From contig CBDUPA010000049.1 in the NCBI GenBank assembly GCA_965368975.1, positions 1 through 13,454 of the forward strand: a stretch of DNA of 13,454 nucleotides, given 5' to 3'. Source of the DNA: an uncultured bacterium. Its GTDB lineage: Bacteria > Acidobacteriota > Thermoanaerobaculia > Multivoradales > JAHZIX01. Made by a program: the position numbers and the translations under genes. Numbering within the stretch: the first letter of the stretch is position 1; each line of letters starts with the position of its first letter. The notes below the pieces were generated by a model that worked only from the letters and a program-made list of their open reading frames with translations, was not told the origin of the DNA and searched no databases. Of this stretch, positions 7,465-13,454 are shown piece after piece.

Positions 7465-7875
7465 TCAGCTTTCCTGATCCGGAGCGGTGCCTAAGGTCTC
7501 TTCGAGCTGGGTTGCCTGGGCTCCCAGTTGCTCCGCCAGCTCGACCGCGAACAAGTGCAACTGCACCACCTCGGGACCGTCGACGCTGCCCGGCTCGACA
7601 CCGAGGTGGTGGATGTACCCCTGAAGCTGTCGCAGGTCACGGAGCACCGCGCGCAAGTCGGACTTGACCGGGACTTCGCCGCGCTCCTTGTAGGTCTCTT
7701 CGTGAAGCAGGGCGTTGTCGTAGAGCGTGACGCCGACACTGCGGAAAGCGTCACGGATGTGGGCTTCCGGGTACAGGTGCAGGTACGTCTCGCGGAAGAC
7801 GGCGTGCGCCTCCCAGTGGCTTGGTTGCAGAGGGTTTGGCGTTTGGGCCTTGGTAAGCTGCGGCTGGTCACTCAT
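7465..7875 (-). CDS. Hypothetical helical protein (136 aa), first gene of the integrase operon
   Basis: Start reassigned to ATG 7875 after AAGGAG (7885-7890). Its stop is 3 nt from the next start. Confidence 0.75.
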   Translation of the reverse strand: MSDQPQLTKAQTPNPLQPSHWEAHAVFRETYLHLYPEAHIRDAFRSVGVTLYDNALLHEETYKERGEVPVKSDLRAVLRDLRQLQGYIHHLGVEPGSVDGPEVVQLHLFAVELAEQLGAQATQLEETLGTAPDQES

Positions 7876-7942
7876 GGAACTCTTCTCCTTTGAGTGGCTA
7901 GGCCCGGTTCGGTGTGTCAGCATCGGATCGGGCCGTTTGCTT
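7866..7942 (+). ncRNA. Putative cis-antisense RNA (SymR-like architecture)
   Basis: Extended -10 TGgTAAGCT at 7851-7859. 14-bp hairpin at 7901-7934 is fully paired on + (3 G:U pairs), followed by GTTTGCTT. Spans the start codon and RBS of orf136 on the opposite strand. Confidence 0.55.
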
Positions 7943-8131
7943 GGGAGGTGAGCAGCCTGAGCTGGCAAGCCAGGACAGGCTGGCACCCGGATGGGCTGGT
8001 ACCACTACCTCGGAATCAGGCGACTGGTCAACCAGCCAGCCCTTTAGGCCAGCTCACCTCGCAACCTGCTTCTCTGATGATCCTGGTGCCAGTGCCGAGT
8101 GCAGCAGCTTCTGGCGTACAATCTGTTGCAC

Positions 8132-10387
8132 ATGGCTTCGCAAGTTCAAGTTTTCGTCAGCTACAGCCACCAGGACGAGAAGTACCTCGCTGAGAGTTCC
8201 CTTCTGGGCTATATGAAGGGTTTACAGCAAGAAGGCGTGGAGTTCTGGTGGGACCGGCGCATCGGCGCTGGCGAGTTGTGGAATACGGAGATCCAAGCTC
8301 GAGTTGCAAACTCCCACGTTGCACTGGTGCTGGTGAGCCAGTGGTTCCTGGATTCCGCGTACTGCCGGGACAAAGAGATCCGCGAGTTCCTGGACAAACG
8401 CATTCCCATTGTTCCCGTGGTGCTCTCTGCCTGCGAATGGGAGCGTCATCCGTGGCTAGCCGAGCGGCAATATGTACCCCGCGATGGCCAGAACTTGGAA
8501 AGCCACTTCCAGCAGGACGGCAAACGCAAGGAGCTGTTCCTAGAGCTGCGACAGAACCTGCGGCAGCAGATCGACGCGGTGAAGCAAGAGAAAGCCGGTG
8601 CCCAGGTGGCGAAGGTTCCGCAGAAGTTCGCCGACCTGGGTGCCGAACTTCAAGAGGCACTGCTGCTCAAAGAGGATCTGATCTGTGCGGAAGAGAGTGT
8701 GGAGGAGGTCGAAGAGAAGATCCTCGACCTACGTCGCAAGATTCGGCAGGGCAACATTCTGCGACCGGGCGACTTCCTCTGTGAGCGATTCAAGCTGCTG
8801 GCCAAGCTGGGTAAGGGAGGCTTTGCCGATGTCTGGAAGGCCTATGACCGCAAACGCACCCAACTGGTAGCCGTGAAAATCCTGCATCACCAATACGTTG
8901 AAGATCGCTCGCGGCGGGAGCGCTTTTTCCGAGGTGCACGCAAGATGGCAGAGCTGCGTGATCAGGGAATCGTGGATGTGCTTGACGTGGAGATGGAGGA
9001 TGATGGGCGCTACTTCTTCGTCATGGAGTTCGTGGAAGGTGGAGACCTGCGCCAAGCGATATTGAGAAGGAACATGACGGTACCGGAGAAGCTTCAGATC
9101 ATCCGACAGACTGGTAAGGCGCTGGCCGTCGCCCACGCCCGAGGCTGGGTTCACCGGGACGTCAAGCCGGAGAACATCCTGTTAGGAACTGATGGTCTGC
9201 ACAAACTAACCGACTTCGACCTGGTACGGGCAGCGGACACCACCGGGGGCACACGAACCGGCGCCATGGGTACCTTCGTCTATGCGGCACCCGAGATGCT
9301 CGAGAATGCCCAGGAAGCAGGAACCGCTGCAGATATCTTCGGCCTCGGAATGACCGCAATCTTCGCTCTGTACGGCAAGAAGCTGCCGACGAGTATCCTT
9401 CGGGATCCCGCGAAGACCATCGCCAAGCTCCCAGTGGACGACAGCATCCGCCAAGCCCTGCTGTGTGCAGTGGATTGGGAGCCGGAAGCGCGCTTCCAGA
9501 CCGTGGAGGAGTTCTATCGGCTCCTGGAATGCCAACCACTGCCACCTCCGGCCCTTGCCCTGAGTTCCGAGCAGGAGCACCCCGCGACAAAGAAGCCTCA
9601 GCCCAAGACAAGTCCTCCTCAGCGCCAAGATCTGGCAAAACCCCAGCAGCCACAAGCTGGCACCGAGTGGATTCATCCGGTGAGCGGCGTGGTGCTGGTC
9701 TACGTACCTGGTGGCGAGTACACGATCGGCTCGAACGATCACTACGACGACGAGAAGCCTGAGCACCGAGTTCTTCTGAGTCCGTTCTGGATCGGCAAGT
9801 ACCCGGTCACCAACGCGGAATACGCGACCTTCATGCACGCAACGGATCGCCGCAGGCTGGAGTGGTGGACCAACCAGGCCTTCAATCAGAAACTGCAGCC
9901 AGTAGTCAACGTCAGTTGGCACGATGCAAATGTCTATTGCAACTGGGCAGGCCTGACGCTACCGACTGAGATCCAGTGGGAAGCGGCCGCACGCGGGCTA
10001 GATGGACGTCCGTACCCTTGGGGAGAAGCCAGTCCCACAGGTCAGTACGCACACTATGACCAGGGAGATGCTGGCTGCACTGCGGCAGTCGATGCGTACC
10101 CGCTTGGTACTGGCCCCTTCGGCACGCTCGGGCAGGCCGGCAATGTCTTGGAGTGGTGCGCAGACCCGTGGGAGAGCACAGCATACAGGTGGCGCGACAC
10201 TGGATACGTAGAGGCTCCACCAGCCAAACGCCGAGCAACTCCGGATCGCGTGGTCCGTGGGGGGGCGTGGGTGGGCCGGGCCAGGGACCTACGCGCAGCA
10301 TACCGGGGCAACCGGGGGGTAGCGGAGCGCCGGTACAGGCACGTCGGTTTCCGCGTCTTGGTACCTGGCTCCGGCTCCGAACATTGA
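8132..10387 (+). CDS. TIR domain - coiled coil - Ser/Thr kinase - FGE-sulfatase (CLec-fold) multidomain protein
   Basis: TIR: VFVSYSHQD...WWDRRIGAGELW...LVLVSQWFLDSAYCRDKE. Kinase: GKGGFADV, VAVK, HRDVKPEN, DFD, APE. FGE: GKYPVTNAEY, PVVNVSWHDA, LPTEIQWEAAARG, AGNVLEW, RGGAW, GFR. ATG 8132 preferred over GTG 8099; TACAAT at 8117-8122. Confidence 0.93.
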   Translation: MASQVQVFVSYSHQDEKYLAESSLLGYMKGLQQEGVEFWWDRRIGAGELWNTEIQARVANSHVALVLVSQWFLDSAYCRDKEIREFLDKRIPIVPVVLSACEWERHPWLAERQYVPRDGQNLESHFQQDGKRKELFLELRQNLRQQIDAVKQEKAGAQVAKVPQKFADLGAELQEALLLKEDLICAEESVEEVEEKILDLRRKIRQGNILRPGDFLCERFKLLAKLGKGGFADVWKAYDRKRTQLVAVKILHHQYVEDRSRRERFFRGARKMAELRDQGIVDVLDVEMEDDGRYFFVMEFVEGGDLRQAILRRNMTVPEKLQIIRQTGKALAVAHARGWVHRDVKPENILLGTDGLHKLTDFDLVRAADTTGGTRTGAMGTFVYAAPEMLENAQEAGTAADIFGLGMTAIFALYGKKLPTSILRDPAKTIAKLPVDDSIRQALLCAVDWEPEARFQTVEEFYRLLECQPLPPPALALSSEQEHPATKKPQPKTSPPQRQDLAKPQQPQAGTEWIHPVSGVVLVYVPGGEYTIGSNDHYDDEKPEHRVLLSPFWIGKYPVTNAEYATFMHATDRRRLEWWTNQAFNQKLQPVVNVSWHDANVYCNWAGLTLPTEIQWEAAARGLDGRPYPWGEASPTGQYAHYDQGDAGCTAAVDAYPLGTGPFGTLGQAGNVLEWCADPWESTAYRWRDTGYVEAPPAKRRATPDRVVRGGAWVGRARDLRAAYRGNRGVAERRYRHVGFRVLVPGSGSEH

Positions 10388-10467
10388 CTTTTGCTCGAAC
10401 CCTTGGGTAGCCCCCAGTTGCACCAAATTGCATGCCAGCAGGCCCCGATGGAGGCCCGCACCATAGC

Positions 10468-10496
10468 TTGCCACTCACTTGATGAGCAGCTATAAT
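10468..10496 (+). promoter_or_regulatory. Near-consensus sigma70 promoter
   Basis: TTGCCA-N17-TATAAT. Confidence 0.7.
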
Positions 10497-10527
10497 GACC
10501 TAAGTATTGGGAATAAAGAGGTTGGAC

Positions 10528-10572
10528 TGGAGACGACGACCGGATTTGAACCGGTGACCTGCTGATTACGAA
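10528..10572 (-). pseudogene. 3' half of tRNA-Thr(CGT); att core of a tRNA-targeted island
   Basis: Minus strand reads TT-CGT-AA TCAGC AGGTC ACCGG-TTCAAAT-CCGGT CGTCGTC T CCA. It begins exactly at the anticodon loop; the upstream TATGT cannot pair with TCAGC and no D arm is present. Confidence 0.9.
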
Positions 10573-10704
10573 ACATACAAGCTCGGTGTTTCGTCAGGTA
10601 TTGGCAGGCTACAGAGAGATGCACATCCCCCTGTCAAATGCTGGGATTAAGAGACTTGAGGCGTTTCATCGGCTGGCATGAGGCTGCGCCAAGTTAAGGT
10701 TCCG

Positions 10705-10743
10705 TGGACCCAGATTTGGACCCAGCTGGCCCCGAATGGGTCC
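10705..10743. repeat. Integrase arm-type repeats
   Basis: TGGACCCAG at 10705-10713 and 10717-10725 (12-bp period), plus an inverted TGGGTCC at 10737-10743, about 130-170 bp from the att core. Confidence 0.6.
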
Positions 10744-10821
10744 CGCCTGGAAGAGCCGCACTGCCTTCGCTTGCCAGGTCCTCACCTTACATCGGACCAA
10801 CTTGCAGGAAACAACTCAGCT

Positions 10822-13164
10822 TCAGAAGCCGATAGTGATCCGCCCAGTAGCACGCCATGGTCTTCCATCGTAGTTAGCACGCAATAGCTTTCGGGTAGTC
10901 TCGGCATTGGTGTCGAATGCTTCGCGGCCATGGAGCAGGGCCATGTTGTCAACAATCAAGACTTGGCCTTCAGCGAGGCGAAACCGCAGGATTCTCTCCT
11001 CCCTCTTTATATAAGCGCGAATTAATTCGAAAGCAAACTCCCCCTCCTTCTTGACCGTAACTTCGGTAACCGGGCTGTCCACCCACGCCATGCCGAGAGC
11101 GCCACTTTCAAGTCTCCTAAAGACCGGCCGATTGACGTGGGTCCTGCCTCGCCTTACTGAGCAAGCATCGACATCGAAGAGCGCCCCTAGGGAGTCGGGT
11201 GCGTTCTCCCTAAGGTGCTCGTAGATGCCCTGGCAGCTGATGCAGACAGTCTCGCCGCCCACTGGGGATTGAGAGACACAGTAGAGCGCCATGACCCCCG
11301 GCGGGTCAAGCCGATACGAACCATCGGTATGAAGCGGGTGAGGCCCACTCGTTGTGCCTAAGTACTTTCGATATCCCGCTTTGGGCGCAATTTCCACGAG
11401 ACCTTGGTCGTCAGCCCGATCGTGATTGCCGTCCAACAAGCCGAAGACCCCTTCCAGGAGAAGGAGTGATTCTTCCGGGCAACGTTCCGCGCAGTCCAAT
11501 ATTGCCAATCCGTATTGATTGAACACCTCAACGAGACGCTCAACTAGGCTCTCGTCAATCAGATTCCCGCTGCGAGGTGCGGAGACCATAAGTTCCTCGA
11601 GCCTTGTGGATTGCGTTAGTATTGCTTTGATGCCAGCCGGAGCTGGGACCTCTCGCTTCGATTGGTGGTGGAACGCATCGGCCGAGGTTCCCGGGGGGGC
11701 GCCGAGATACTCTCGAATCTTCCTCACTAACCCTACCGGGTTAGCACTCATGTCATTCAGCAAGTCTCTAAGGTACTCTAGCTGCTCTTTGCCGAGTAAC
11801 CGAGCTTGGTCGTGTGTGCACAAGCTTGAGTAGTAGCTCCTAAAGGCATTCATGGATCGTGGGTCGCGAAGGACTATTGCAGTATTTAGGTCTGACGTGT
11901 CATCAGATTGTCCGCTAGCCTTGTCAGCCAGCCGAAGGACTACCTGTTGGTCATCTAAGCGGAAGTGAAGGTCATTCTCGCCCCTCGCCAGTAGGGGACT
12001 ATGAAACACTGACACGAGTGATCCCTCGACTCGATATTCATACAGACGCAGAAACTGTTCGACATTCTTCTTCAGGACTTCAAGCTCATCTTGACTCGCT
12101 TCATAAGGGATGAGGTTTGCTACTCGGTGATAATTGGTACCTGGCCTACGGACGAAATCCAGGTCGCGGCTTTGAGTTTCGGTAAATGTACCGGTCAAGC
12201 CGAGCATTCGGACTGAGTTCGCCTCAGCAAAGAATGTCTCAGTCGCACGGGAGATCTCCTCACCATCGAAGAGAGCGGTTGCGTTGATGGTCTTGATCGA
12301 AGTCTCGGAGGACTGAGTTAGATGGCGGTCTGCAAACTTGGTGAGAGCTTCGACGAGACGAGAATCAGCCGTGTAAAAGCTGAGCTCGCCCTCTCTGTCT
12401 ACGTGTTCGGGTATCGAGAAAACCGCTTTGTCGTCAACTATCCAAAGATAGAGAGGCAGGGGCACATCACTTTCTTGGACCTGCAACTTTGGCGAGCGTT
12501 GTTCCAGAGCCCTCTTGTGAAAGACATACCGAAGGTCCAAAAAGCGTTCGAGTTTCAGATTCTCTACCTTAGTAGCCTCGCTCAGATCAGGCACGTCTTT
12601 GCTGAGGAAGTCCTGCAGATCATCTCGCCACCTCTCTTTCCAGGAGTTCCAATCTCTGTCGGAGAGAGAACCGTACCTAGCTTGGCGGTATTCAATTCGC
12701 CCAAGTCCTCTCAAGACAATTGTCTTGACGGTACAGGTTCTAGACTCTGCCAGGTCATCAAGACGGCGCATCAACTCCCTCCACTCTGACCTCCGCCCAA
12801 TCTGGCCGTAAGTGAGAGTAGGACACACGATTACAACTCTGTTTCGAGCTTCTTTGAGAAGCTCCTTCACTCTTCCGAGCTGCCTTGGGTAGGCACCAAT
12901 GAAGGCGGTGGTGAGGGATGCTGAGATTTTGCCCAAGTCCTGGGCGTGCTCTTGAGCATGCTTCTGTGCTTGCCGGAGCTGCCGTATCGCAACGTACAAG
13001 CCGAGCAGCGCCAGCCCTATTGTCAGCAAAGCTGCCGGATCTAGTGGAAATCCAGTGATCGAGAAGCTCCGAACGGCGTTCAGCGCCATCTGCACAAATA
13101 GCACTATGACAATAGCAACCATCAGGCTCGGTAGAGTGATTTTCGGCAGGCGCAATCTCGACAT
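10822..13164 (-). CDS. Membrane-anchored protein with two putative degenerate PLD-fold domains and a C-terminal TauD/TfdA-family Fe(II)/2-oxoglutarate dioxygenase
   Basis: RBS GAGGAG. Two N-terminal TM helices. HPLHTDGSY (HxD), GGET, DNMALLHGR and RKLLR mark the TauD/clavaminate-synthase fold. LWIVDDKAVF...TADSRLVEAL and FRLDDQQVVL...LRDPRSMNAFRSYY resemble non-catalytic PLD-like domains (less certain). Confidence 0.85.
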   Translation of the reverse strand: MSRLRLPKITLPSLMVAIVIVLFVQMALNAVRSFSITGFPLDPAALLTIGLALLGLYVAIRQLRQAQKHAQEHAQDLGKISASLTTAFIGAYPRQLGRVKELLKEARNRVVIVCPTLTYGQIGRRSEWRELMRRLDDLAESRTCTVKTIVLRGLGRIEYRQARYGSLSDRDWNSWKERWRDDLQDFLSKDVPDLSEATKVENLKLERFLDLRYVFHKRALEQRSPKLQVQESDVPLPLYLWIVDDKAVFSIPEHVDREGELSFYTADSRLVEALTKFADRHLTQSSETSIKTINATALFDGEEISRATETFFAEANSVRMLGLTGTFTETQSRDLDFVRRPGTNYHRVANLIPYEASQDELEVLKKNVEQFLRLYEYRVEGSLVSVFHSPLLARGENDLHFRLDDQQVVLRLADKASGQSDDTSDLNTAIVLRDPRSMNAFRSYYSSLCTHDQARLLGKEQLEYLRDLLNDMSANPVGLVRKIREYLGAPPGTSADAFHHQSKREVPAPAGIKAILTQSTRLEELMVSAPRSGNLIDESLVERLVEVFNQYGLAILDCAERCPEESLLLLEGVFGLLDGNHDRADDQGLVEIAPKAGYRKYLGTTSGPHPLHTDGSYRLDPPGVMALYCVSQSPVGGETVCISCQGIYEHLRENAPDSLGALFDVDACSVRRGRTHVNRPVFRRLESGALGMAWVDSPVTEVTVKKEGEFAFELIRAYIKREERILRFRLAEGQVLIVDNMALLHGREAFDTNAETTRKLLRANYDGRPWRATGRITIGF

Positions 13165-13209
13165 GCTGATCTCCTCAGAGTTGGTAGCTGTGCATCTGCA
13201 TGGCCTTGG

Positions 13210-13269
13210 ATCATACTCTATAGCCGAAAGGATCGTGAAGGTTCATGAAGTCATTCATGAAGTCATGAG
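13210..13269 (-). promoter_or_regulatory. Putative promoter of the 780-aa gene with upstream tandem operator-like repeats
   Basis: TTCACG-N18-TATGAT on the minus strand (13239-13210). TTCATGAAGTCA occurs twice (13242-13253, 13254-13265). Confidence 0.45.
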
Positions 13270-13454
13270 GTCCGGCGTGAACTTGACAGCACCGTGATAA
13301 GGCCCGCTAGCTCGATCCAAACTTAGGAGCACCTCAAAGACCGGAGATTCTCTCGTCATCCGTGGACCAGATTTGAGGGTACAGGTCATCTAGAGGAGAT
13401 GTTAGCGGTCATCAGAAAGCGCTGCATCCTGGTCATTTCGCTCGTTTGTTTCGC

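Larger units (their letters stand above)
10528..13454. mobile_element. Distal end of a genomic island integrated in tRNA-Thr(CGT), continuing beyond the window
   Basis: Orientation of the displaced 3' tRNA fragment and arm-type repeats on its right side. Confidence 0.6.

Noticed and set aside
3655-7667. Long opposite-strand or alternate-frame ORFs (e.g. 3655-4431, 4620-5189, 5644-6660, 6089-6730)
   Set aside because: Shadow ORFs of high-GC genes that have clear motifs on the other strand or frame.
10522-10557. 11-codon ORF (TTG...MDWRRRPDLNR) downstream of the strong promoter
   Set aside because: The SD-like AGAGG abuts the start with no spacing, and the ORF is simply the antisense of the tRNA fragment.
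10528-10605. Intact tRNA-Thr gene
   Set aside because: 5' anticodon-stem strand, D arm and 5' acceptor strand are absent.

Overview
Accessory, mobile DNA from a GC-rich bacterium, in four parts. (1) 1-1810: a decaying integron-type cassette array, with attC-like sites flanking a five-repeat/CFI-box protein gene and a membrane protein gene; no IntI in the window. (2) 2030-3272: a structured spacer and an orphan membrane protein. (3) ~3310-10445: a high-GC block with two different tyrosine recombinases, an AbrB-like gene, a palindrome-dense spacer, an operon (orf136, SprT-like/JAB fusion, arm-type integrase) whose start is overlapped by a predicted ~75-nt SymR-style antisense RNA, and a divergent TIR-kinase-FGE/CLec gene that looks like a DGR target. 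(4) The 3' half of tRNA-Thr(CGT) (att site) with arm-type repeats, marking an island that extends to the right and carries a membrane-anchored 2xPLD-like/TauD dioxygenase fusion. All calls are from manual motif reading; no searches were run.
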